The notes beneath the pieces are model-generated. The model was not told where the DNA came from, did no database searches, and worked only from the letters and a program-made list of their open reading frames with translations. From the NCBI GenBank assembly GCA_964608585.1, contig CAZSOL010000001.1, forward strand, positions 15,990 to 73,665: DNA of 57,676 nt. Reading direction: 5' to 3'. A program made the translations under genes and the position numbers. This document shows positions 24,317-31,555 of the stretch, piece after piece (the stretch's first letter is position 1; each line of letters starts with the position of its first letter). The stretch is from an uncultured Candidatus Saccharibacteria bacterium. GTDB lineage: Bacteria; Patescibacteriota; Minisyncoccia; Phycocordibacterales; Zambryskibacteraceae.

Positions 24317-26972
24317 CTTCACAACTAAGGCTAAAGAAGCAGTAAGAAAGGCTCACGAGCTCGCTATTGAGCGTGGTCAGAATCACGTTAACCCTATACA
24401 CCTTCTTGCAGCCCTAATTCTCCAAGAGGAGAGTATGGTCATATCCATAATAGATAAGCTAGAGATTGACTCAATCCTTCTTACAGACTCTGTTCTTGAG
24501 GCAATAGAGAGTGGAGAGGCATCCCAGACGTTGTCTCCATCCTTCCAGATTTATCTAACTCCAGAGCTTGCTCATATCATTGAGTCATCCTCAAAGGTTG
24601 CTCATAGTCTTAACGACGAGTTTGTCTCGACCGAGCACCTCTTCCTCTCAGTACTTGAGACTCCAGGTGAGGCTAAGGATCTTCTAACAAAGTTTAAGAT
24701 TTCTAAGGATCCAGTTCTTCGTATTATAGAGGAGCTTAAGACCTCAGGCCCAGCTGAGCCAAAGGCAGAGAAGAAGTTCAAGTCTTTAAACAAGTACACA
24801 CGGTCTCTAACCAAACTTGCAAAGCAAAACAAGCTTGACCCTGTTGTTGGTCGAGACCAAGAGATCTCCCGCATTATCCAAATACTCTCCCGTAGAACAA
24901 AGAACAATCCAATACTCATTGGAGAGGCAGGAGTAGGCAAGACTGCTATTGCCGAAGGTCTAGCTATTAGGATGGCTTCCAACAACGTGCCGGAGTCACT
25001 CCGTGACAAGGAGTTGGTGTCGCTTGATCTAGGTCTTCTTATTGCTGGGACAAAGTATAGAGGTGAGTTTGAAGAGAGACTCAAAAATATAATAAAAGAG
25101 ATAGAGAAGTCAGAAGGCAAGATTATTCTCTTCATTGATGAGATACACACCATTGTAGGAGCTGGTGCTGCAGAAGGGTCTATAGATGCCTCTAATATGA
25201 TGAAGCCACCACTCGCTCGAGGAGAGCTTCGTGCCATTGGCGCTACAACCTTAAGAGAGTACCAGAAGCATATTGAGAAGGACCCAGCTCTTACGCGTCG
25301 CTTCCAGCCTGTGTACGTCAACGAACCCTCTATAGAAGATGCCATGACAATCCTCCGTGGACTTAAGGAAAGATACGAGCTATATCATGGAGTGCATATT
25401 ACTGATGATGCTATAAGAGCAGCAGTAACCTTCTCATCTCGCTACATTACTGATCGCTTCTTGCCAGACAAGGCGGTGGATCTTATAGACGAGGCAGCTT
25501 CGTTCCTTAAGATTTCTCTTGAGAACATGCCTCCAGTACTCCAAGAGACTCACTCTAAGGTAATGAAGTTAGAGATAGAGAGAGAAGCTCTAAAGAAGGA
25601 AACAAAGAAGCCCAAAGTTACCTCTAGACTTAAGGCCATAGAGAAGGAGATCGCCGACCTAAGAGAGAAGACCTCCGAGATAGAACTAAAATGGAAGAAT
25701 GAGAAGGAGACTGTAGGGGAGATCAAAGAGATAAAGAAGAATTTGGAGAGTACGCGTCTTGAGGCCGAGGCCGCTGAGGCCAAAGCTGATCTTGGTAAGG
25801 CCGCTGAACTTCGTTATAGCAAGATCCCCGAACTTGAGAAGGAGCTTGAGACTAAGTCTAAGAGGTTGAAGAAGCTCCAAAGTTCAAGAAGAATACTTAA
25901 GGAAGAGATAACTGAGGAGGATATTGCCACAGTGGTTAGTCGTTGGACTAATATCCCAGTTTCTAGAATGCTTGAGGAGGAAGCAGAAAAGCTTGGCCGT
26001 ATGGAAGAGTACCTCAAGAGACGCATCGTTGGCCAAGACGAAGCGGTAAGGAAGATCTCAGACACCGTGAAGAGGAGTCGCGCTGGCATCTCCGATCCAC
26101 AGCGTCCAATAGGATCCTTCATGTTCTTGGGTCCTACTGGTGTTGGTAAGACAGAGCTTACTAAGGCTCTAGCCGAGTTTATGTTTGACGATGAGAGAGC
26201 TTTGATACGTGTAGATATGAGTGAGTTTATGGAGAAGCACTCAGTATCCAAGCTTATAGGTGCTCCTCCGGGGTATGTAGGCTTTGACGAAGGAGGGACC
26301 TTTACTGAGATGATCCGACACAGACCTTACTCAGTCATACTCTTTGACGAGATAGAGAAGGCACACCCAGAAGTGTTCAATATACTTCTACAAGTTTTAG
26401 ATAACGGCAGACTAACGGATGCAAAGGGTCGGCTTATCAACTTCAAGAACACTATCATCATCCTTACCTCAAATGTCGGTGCTCAATACATAGACAAGAT
26501 GCAGACTATTGGCTTCTCTAAGGGAGAACAAGAGAGTTACGAAGGAGTGAAGGATAAAGTCTTGGATACGCTTAAGGACCACTTCCGCCCAGAGTTTCTA
26601 AATCGCTTGGACGACATTATTGTCTTTGATGTGTTGGCTCGCGAATCTATCAAAGATATTGTGAACATCCAAGTTGACTTGGTTAAGAAGCGCTTGGCAG
26701 ACAAGGAGATAGAGCTTGTTGTCTCTGACAAAGTGCTTGAAGAGCTTGCTCGTGAGGGTTACAACCCACAATACGGAGCAAGACCTTTGAAGCGCTTGAT
26801 ACAGACAAAAATACTTAACCCTGTGGCCACTATGATGATAGGGAACAAGGTCCTCTCTGGTGGCACGGTACTTGTAGATAAGAAGGGGAGCGAGTTTGTC
26901 TTTGAGGTGAAGAAGGGTAGGAGGAGTGGCTCTGTAAGCACCTTGGTTGATAAACAGCGCACAACTCGCTAA
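24300..26972 (+). CDS. clpB: AAA+ disaggregase ClpB
   Basis: 890 aa. Clp_N repeats, two Walker A sites (GEAGVGKTA, GPTGVGKTE), a long coiled-coil M-domain between the NBDs, and GARPLKR. Confidence 0.93.
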   Translation: MLPFNNFTTKAKEAVRKAHELAIERGQNHVNPIHLLAALILQEESMVISIIDKLEIDSILLTDSVLEAIESGEASQTLSPSFQIYLTPELAHIIESSSKVAHSLNDEFVSTEHLFLSVLETPGEAKDLLTKFKISKDPVLRIIEELKTSGPAEPKAEKKFKSLNKYTRSLTKLAKQNKLDPVVGRDQEISRIIQILSRRTKNNPILIGEAGVGKTAIAEGLAIRMASNNVPESLRDKELVSLDLGLLIAGTKYRGEFEERLKNIIKEIEKSEGKIILFIDEIHTIVGAGAAEGSIDASNMMKPPLARGELRAIGATTLREYQKHIEKDPALTRRFQPVYVNEPSIEDAMTILRGLKERYELYHGVHITDDAIRAAVTFSSRYITDRFLPDKAVDLIDEAASFLKISLENMPPVLQETHSKVMKLEIEREALKKETKKPKVTSRLKAIEKEIADLREKTSEIELKWKNEKETVGEIKEIKKNLESTRLEAEAAEAKADLGKAAELRYSKIPELEKELETKSKRLKKLQSSRRILKEEITEEDIATVVSRWTNIPVSRMLEEEAEKLGRMEEYLKRRIVGQDEAVRKISDTVKRSRAGISDPQRPIGSFMFLGPTGVGKTELTKALAEFMFDDERALIRVDMSEFMEKHSVSKLIGAPPGYVGFDEGGTFTEMIRHRPYSVILFDEIEKAHPEVFNILLQVLDNGRLTDAKGRLINFKNTIIILTSNVGAQYIDKMQTIGFSKGEQESYEGVKDKVLDTLKDHFRPEFLNRLDDIIVFDVLARESIKDIVNIQVDLVKKRLADKEIELVVSDKVLEELAREGYNPQYGARPLKRLIQTKILNPVATMMIGNKVLSGGTVLVDKKGSEFVFEVKKGRRSGSVSTLVDKQRTTR

Positions 26973-26980
26973 TATAGGCC

Positions 26981-27038
26981 TATTGCGTCGGTGGTAGAGC
27001 TTGCCCCGCCATGGCGGGGTGAAGTCAATTACAACAGA
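26981..27038 (+). pseudogene. 5' fragment of tRNA-Tyr (flank -7 to position ~31) with a 24-nt hairpin insert in the D-loop
   Basis: tattgcgtcggtggtagag (26981-26999) is identical to 27284-27302. gtcaattacaacaga (27024-27038) is identical to 27305-27319. The tg of the intact tRNA is replaced by cttgCCCCGCCatGGCGGGGtgaa. Confidence 0.8.
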
Positions 27039-27039
27039 T

Positions 27040-27282
27040 ATGTGGCACGTCTACATACTCAAGAGTACTAAGAATCAAAAGTTCTATATTGGGTGTTCGA
27101 ATAATTATCAGAGAAGGTTAGCAGAACACAACAATGGGGAGAACTTTTCTACTAAAAACGGTAGACCTTGGAATGTTGTTCGTGTTGAATCATTCGAAAA
27201 CCAAAACGGAGCTTATTTAAGGGAAAAACAGATAAAATCATACAAGGGTGGTAATGCTTTTAAAAAACTGCTAAATTTGTAG
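27040..27282 (+). CDS. Stand-alone GIY-YIG nuclease domain protein (80 aa)
   Basis: MWHVYILKSTKNQKFYIGCSNNYQRRLAEHNNG...: GIY-like VYI, YIG, and conserved R, E and N. I prefer the ATG at 27040 over the track TTG at 27001, which would read through the tRNA fragment. Confidence 0.75.
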   Translation: MWHVYILKSTKNQKFYIGCSNNYQRRLAEHNNGENFSTKNGRPWNVVRVESFENQNGAYLREKQIKSYKGGNAFKKLLNL

Positions 27283-27287
27283 TTATT

Positions 27288-27371
27288 GCGTCGGTGGTAG
27301 AGTGGTCAATTACAACAGACTGTAAATCTGTCGGCCTTAGGCCTACGAAGGTTCGAATCCTTCCCGGCGCA
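27288..27371 (+). tRNA. tRNA-Tyr (anticodon GTA), type II long variable arm
   Basis: GCGTCGG/CCGGCGC acceptor stem, anticodon stem-loop ACAGA-CTGTAAA-TCTGT, variable arm CGGCCTTAGGCCTAC and GGTTCGAATCC T-arm. 84 nt. Confidence 0.88.
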
Positions 27372-27378
27372 CAAAGTT

Positions 27379-27654
27379 ATGGAAAAAGTACCAGAACCAA
27401 AGTATTCAAGAGAGAAGTTTGATTTGTTGAAAAGTAAGTACAATGAGTCACCACTCTTTTTTTCTGAAGAAGTTGTTGCTTTTGTGAATCATCTAAGAGA
27501 GAGGTACCCCGATTATGAGAAGTATGCCTTCTATCACATACTGAGCGGTAGTAGCATAAAAGAGGAGTTTAAGCCTATAGAATACGAAGACTTCCCTGAG
27601 AACGACTCAGTTGAGACATTTATTGACAACCCAGAGAAATATAAGTTAGGATAG
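27379..27654 (+). CDS. Hypothetical acidic 91-aa protein
   Basis: ORF only. It starts 8 nt after tRNA-Tyr. No recognisable domain. Confidence 0.45.
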   Translation: MEKVPEPKYSREKFDLLKSKYNESPLFFSEEVVAFVNHLRERYPDYEKYAFYHILSGSSIKEEFKPIEYEDFPENDSVETFIDNPEKYKLG

Positions 27655-27660
27655 CTATCT

Positions 27661-27834
27661 ATGTCACAGATTCATCTAATAAAGTTGGTATCAGTAGGAG
27701 ACGCCAAGGGCGTTGGCAAGGGTCATACCTACTACTCAAGGAAGAACAAGAAGTCCGTAGAGAGGAAGATAGAGCTAAAGAAGTTCAATCCTATCGCCAA
27801 GAAGCATACGGTATACAAGGAGAAAAAGGCCTAA
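27661..27834 (+). CDS. rpmG: 50S ribosomal protein bL33 (below the ORF-track cutoff)
   Basis: 57 aa: MSQIHLIKLVSVGDAKGVGKGHTYYSRKNKKSVERKIELKKFNPIAKKHTVYKEKKA. This matches the L33 pattern ..Y.T.KNK.....KLELKK..P....H....E.K. There is no CxxC, so it is the zinc-free type. Confidence 0.8.
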   Translation: MSQIHLIKLVSVGDAKGVGKGHTYYSRKNKKSVERKIELKKFNPIAKKHTVYKEKKA

Positions 27835-27857
27835 TTTGTGCTAATATAGCCCTCTAA

Positions 27858-27928
27858 GGGCGATTAGTTTAGTGGTAGAACAGCGGTCTCCAAAACCGCT
27901 GGCGAGGGTTCGATTCCTTCATCGCCCG
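27858..27928 (+). tRNA. tRNA-Trp (anticodon CCA)
   Basis: GGGCGAT/ATCGCCC acceptor stem, anticodon loop CTCCAAA and GGTTCGATTCC T-arm. 71 nt. The position after rpmG is a common arrangement. Confidence 0.88.
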
Positions 27929-28041
27929 CAATGATCCGCGAGGAAGCCTATAACGGCTTCTGAGTGGATTATCAGCGCGAGGCGGGGTCGCAGGACTCTC
28001 GAGCACGAGAAGACCTGTGACCGATTCCTCCTTATAAAAAC

Positions 28042-28650
28042 ATGACAGATCTTTTCAATATCCCATACCTTCTCTCCACTTACGGTTATGTCGGAGTATT
28101 TATAATTGTATTTCTTGAGTCTGGGATCTTCTTCGCACTTCCGGGTGATAGTTTGCTATTTACCGCTGGGGTGCTCTCTGGAGCGTTGGGGCTTAAGCTC
28201 ATGGTCCTTATACCACTCATCTTTGTTGCTACTTTCTTGGGTGGTATTGCTGGGTACTTAATTGGAGTTTATTTGGAGAAGTTGTATAAGTACACTTTTT
28301 TCCAAAAGTTTATTAAGAGAGAACACTTAGATAGCACTCATAACTTCTTTGAGAAGCACGGTTTGGTAGCCATTCTTATCTCACGCTTTCTACCTATTGT
28401 GCGTACCTTCTTGCCCATTGTGGCAGGGATCGCTAGGATGAATTTTGCTAAGTTCTTGCTGTACAGCTTCTGGAGCTCTCTCTTGTGGTCTGTTTCTATG
28501 ACTTCTCTCGGATATTTTGTTGGAATCCAGTTTCCTGAGGTTAAGGACTATATGCATTATGTCATCATCCTTGTTGTCCTTGTCTCTGTCATCCCAATAG
28601 CTTTAGAGTGGTGGCGAGAGAAACGCTTTTTGCATCAGGGAACCAAGTGA
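28042..28650 (+). CDS. DedA/VTT-family membrane protein
   Basis: 202 aa, multi-TM, with FLESGIFFALPGDSLLFTAG (the DedA signature) and LSRFLPIVRTFLPIVAG. Confidence 0.75.
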   Translation: MTDLFNIPYLLSTYGYVGVFIIVFLESGIFFALPGDSLLFTAGVLSGALGLKLMVLIPLIFVATFLGGIAGYLIGVYLEKLYKYTFFQKFIKREHLDSTHNFFEKHGLVAILISRFLPIVRTFLPIVAGIARMNFAKFLLYSFWSSLLWSVSMTSLGYFVGIQFPEVKDYMHYVIILVVLVSVIPIALEWWREKRFLHQGTK

Positions 28651-29467
28651 TGGATTTGTTTCTTTTGAACCACGTCATCTGACGCTTGGCGTATTTGATA
28701 ATTTCTTTCAGTAACTTTTTACTCATTTCTTCTTTGTTCATATCTCCTCTCATATAAGCGCCAACATATCTGTATTCAAGTCCAAGTTCGTGTAGGCGCT
28801 TCCAAGTGAGTCCTTCCTTCCTTAATTTTTTTACCTCTGTGATTATCTTTGGTAATCTTTTTTCTAACCTTTTTTCTATCCTTTTATCCAAATCTTTTGG
28901 ATTAAGTCCAACAAAGACGAATTCATATTCTGGCGTCTCTCGTTTGATCTTTGGCACAGACCCTAGAGTGTCTATTATTTCTAAAGCTCTCACTAGACGC
29001 ACCTTGTTTTTAGCATCAATGAGTTTTGCTCGTTTTGGGTCTTTTGTTTTTAGTATTGAGAAGAGCTTCTCAGCAGATAACTTAGAGAGTTTCTCACGCA
29101 GACTTTTGTTTGGAGGAACCTCTGGGTAGAGTATTCCACAAGTGACAGTGTCTATGTAGAAGCCTGTACCACCAACAATGATTGGTAACTTATTCTTAGC
29201 TGTGATCTGGTCCAGTTTCTTTATAGCGAGCTTTCCATATTTGCTGGCATTAAATTTGTTCTTAGGAGAGGCGATATCTAGAAGGTGGTGTGGCACACCC
29301 ATCATTTCCTTTTTCGTAATTTTGCCGGTACCGACATCTAGACCTTTGTAGACTTGTCTTGAGTCAGCGGAGATGACCTCGCCATTTAGTTTCTTGGCGA
29401 GCATAACTCCAAGGTCACTCTTACCAGAGGCGGTTGGTCCTACTATTACTAATACTTTAGGCTTCAT
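28589..29467 (-). CDS. miaA: tRNA dimethylallyltransferase
   Basis: VIVGPTASGKSDL (P-loop), ISADSRQVYKGLDVGTGK, VPHHLLD, IVGGTGFY. Confidence 0.88.
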   Translation of the reverse strand: MKPKVLVIVGPTASGKSDLGVMLAKKLNGEVISADSRQVYKGLDVGTGKITKKEMMGVPHHLLDIASPKNKFNASKYGKLAIKKLDQITAKNKLPIIVGGTGFYIDTVTCGILYPEVPPNKSLREKLSKLSAEKLFSILKTKDPKRAKLIDAKNKVRLVRALEIIDTLGSVPKIKRETPEYEFVFVGLNPKDLDKRIEKRLEKRLPKIITEVKKLRKEGLTWKRLHELGLEYRYVGAYMRGDMNKEEMSKKLLKEIIKYAKRQMTWFKRNKSITWFPDAKSVSLATTLKLLG

Positions 29468-29501
29468 TATATAATTATCTTATACACTAATTTATACTTA
29501 T

Positions 29502-29804
29502 ATGAAAGGATTTGTAGACTTCATTCGTGAGCAGGGGGTAGTGGGGCTGGCAGTCGGCTTCATCCTTGGAGGAGCCGTGTCTAAACTCGTATCAGCGATA
29601 GTGACAGATGTGGTGAACCCAATCCTAGGCCTTGTACTCGGTTCTGTCGGAGGTCTTAAGGAGGCTTACTTTGCTATTGGCACAGCCCGGATAATGTATG
29701 GCAACCTACTCACAATCTTCATAGATTTTGTTGTCATAGCACTTGTTGTCTACTATGGCGTTAAGATCCTTGGATTAAACAAGCTCGACAAACCCAAAGC
29801 GTAA
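29502..29804 (+). CDS. mscL: Large-conductance mechanosensitive channel
   Basis: 100 aa: MKGFVDFIREQGVVGLAVGFILGGAVSKLVSAIVTDVVNP. Confidence 0.85.
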   Translation: MKGFVDFIREQGVVGLAVGFILGGAVSKLVSAIVTDVVNPILGLVLGSVGGLKEAYFAIGTARIMYGNLLTIFIDFVVIALVVYYGVKILGLNKLDKPKA

Positions 29805-29808
29805 TCTG

Positions 29809-29889
29809 TGCCGGAGAGAGGACTCGAACCTCCACCCCTTGCGAGACACGATTTTGAGTCGTGCGCGTCTACCATTCCGCCACTCCGGC
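29809..29889 (-). tRNA. tRNA-Leu (anticodon CAA)
   Basis: GCCGGAG acceptor stem, anticodon loop CTCAAAA and a long variable arm. A close paralogue of tRNA-Leu(TAA) at 20402-20483. Confidence 0.9.
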
Positions 29890-29920
29890 ATATCTACAGC
29901 TACAATCTACGATAGTTTGG

Positions 29921-29929
29921 TGTTAAAAT
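29921..29929 (+). promoter_or_regulatory. Extended -10 (TGtTAAAAT) 6 nt upstream of the parB ATG
   Basis: TG at 29921-29922, TAAAAT at 29924-29929, ATG at 29936. No SD. Confidence 0.5.
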
Positions 29930-29935
29930 CTAGCT

Positions 29936-30895
29936 ATGTCGCAGATATACAATGACGCAATCTTCTGGATTGAGGTCGATAAGATACACCCTAACCCATA
30001 CCAACCTAGGCGCGAGTTTGATGAGTTAGCACTCAAGAGTCTAGCTGACTCTATAAGGCAATACGGAGTCCTACAAGCTCTTGTAGTGACGAGGAAAGAG
30101 GTAGAGAAGCCAGATGGCGGTCTTGCTACTGAGTATGAGCTTATTGCTGGTGAGAGGCGTCTAAGAGCATCCAAGCTTGCAGGGCTCACTCAAGTACCCG
30201 CTCAAGTTCGTAACGGCGAGGAGACGGACTTGATGAAGCTTGAGCTAGCTATCATTGAGAACATCCAAAGAGAGGATCTAAACCCAGTAGACCGTGCCAG
30301 AGCTTTTGAGAAGTTGGCTAAAGAGTTCGGCTTTAAGCATGCGGAGATAGGCAAGAAGGTTGGTAAGAGTAGAGAGTATGTCTCCAACACCTTGCGCATC
30401 CTGATGCTTCCAGAAGAGATGCTGAACGCTCTCGCAGAGGGCAAGATTACCGAGGGTCACACGAGGCCTCTTATGATGCTTGTAGACAAGCCAGAGGAGC
30501 AGATGACACTCTTTAAGGAAATAATCTTTAAGAAGATAAATGTCCGAGATGCGGAAGGTATTGCAAGAAGGATCGCCTTTGAGAAGGCGAGGAAGCAAAT
30601 GGATCCAGATCTTGTGGATTTGGAGGAGAAGTTCAAGGATACTCTTGGTACAAGAGTTAGGATTGAGAAGCGGGAGGAAGGAGGCAAGATCACCATAGAC
30701 TTCTTCTCCAAGGATGATTTGTTAGTTCTTTTGGACAAACTTACTAACGAGCTACCAGTAATTCCGGAGACAGCTAAAGTTGAGGACATCCCAGTACCAA
30801 CCGAGGAGGAGAAGGAGGTGATGAGTGAGGGTAGCAAGGAGGCTATGGAAGCCCCAGAGGAAGACCTCTACTCTGTTAAGAATTTTTCAATATAA
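29936..30895 (+). CDS. parB: Chromosome partitioning protein ParB/Spo0J
   Basis: IHPNPYQPRREFDE, GVLQALVV, ELIAGERRLRASKLAG and an HTH region. No parA is adjacent. Confidence 0.85.
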   Translation: MSQIYNDAIFWIEVDKIHPNPYQPRREFDELALKSLADSIRQYGVLQALVVTRKEVEKPDGGLATEYELIAGERRLRASKLAGLTQVPAQVRNGEETDLMKLELAIIENIQREDLNPVDRARAFEKLAKEFGFKHAEIGKKVGKSREYVSNTLRILMLPEEMLNALAEGKITEGHTRPLMMLVDKPEEQMTLFKEIIFKKINVRDAEGIARRIAFEKARKQMDPDLVDLEEKFKDTLGTRVRIEKREEGGKITIDFFSKDDLLVLLDKLTNELPVIPETAKVEDIPVPTEEEKEVMSEGSKEAMEAPEEDLYSVKNFSI

Positions 30896-30914
30896 TTCGG
30901 TATAATTAATAGAT

Positions 30915-31553
30915 ATGAAAAAACAACACATTCAAATAGCGGTTATCGTCATAGTATTACTAGGTCTTATATCGTTCATCCCCTTCAACCCAAATGAGGA
31001 TGTAACCAAGAACGAGGTTAATGGAGATGGGTCATTAAACACAACTGAGAGCCCCACTCCCAACCCTTCTCCAAGCACAGGAATCTCGTCTACTTATAAT
31101 CCAGCTGATAAGGAGTTCCCATTCAGCTTCACGGAGAAGAACTTGATAGTGGGCTCTCCCTTTGGCTCCTTCAAGTATGCAAGTTTAAGTTACGGCAACC
31201 AGTACAACTTCTCTGGTGGCGCCACTGTTTCTGGTCAAGTTACTTTGGTAGACAGTGATGGACCTCACAATCTCGGACTCATTGTTGATAAGGCAGATAT
31301 GTACAAACTTCCCCAATACTATCTTGAGTCAGTTAAGAGCTCTATCGACTCTACTACCTACACTAGGTCCAATGCTCCTTACACTATTTGCTTCGGCTTC
31401 TATCATCCATATCAGTACAACTTCAACGGTCAGCTTGATAAGTTGAGCTCTTATGCTGGCAAGAGAGTAACGGTAGAGATTGATAACTACAAGATCCTCA
31501 CTTCAAGCGAACACGTAGGTCCTTGCGCTTCTCTTGTTAGGGTTGTTGATTAG
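30915..31553 (+). CDS. Membrane-anchored hypothetical exported protein
   Basis: 212 aa with an N-terminal TM segment and a Pro/Ser/Thr linker. No recognisable domain. Confidence 0.5.
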   Translation: MKKQHIQIAVIVIVLLGLISFIPFNPNEDVTKNEVNGDGSLNTTESPTPNPSPSTGISSTYNPADKEFPFSFTEKNLIVGSPFGSFKYASLSYGNQYNFSGGATVSGQVTLVDSDGPHNLGLIVDKADMYKLPQYYLESVKSSIDSTTYTRSNAPYTICFGFYHPYQYNFNGQLDKLSSYAGKRVTVEIDNYKILTSSEHVGPCASLVRVVD

Positions 31554-31555
31554 AC

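Noticed and set aside
24602-25345. A 247-aa ORF antisense to clpB, and similar antisense ORFs in smc (53951-54568), gyrA, copA and the P-type ATPase.
   Set aside because: Their products are low-complexity (Ser/Leu/Arg-rich), they lie wholly inside well-supported genes and they lack start contexts. These are typical shadow ORFs.
27000-27023. The motif cttgccccgcYatggcg is shared (16/17) between the tRNA-fragment insert (27000-27016) and the end of ftsQ / sRNA A promoter region (36715-36731). It might be a dispersed repeat or MITE.
   Set aside because: A back-of-envelope estimate gives several 17-mers with one mismatch by chance in 57 kb on two strands. Similarity decays immediately outside the core. 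I keep it only as a note.
26981-27371. The idea that the GIY-YIG ORF sits in a group I intron within the tRNA-Tyr anticodon loop.
   Set aside because: The downstream copy is a complete, uninterrupted tRNA with its own 5' half. The 5' fragment has no matching 3' half after the ORF. The ORF fills nearly the whole space between the repeats, leaving no room for an intron catalytic core.
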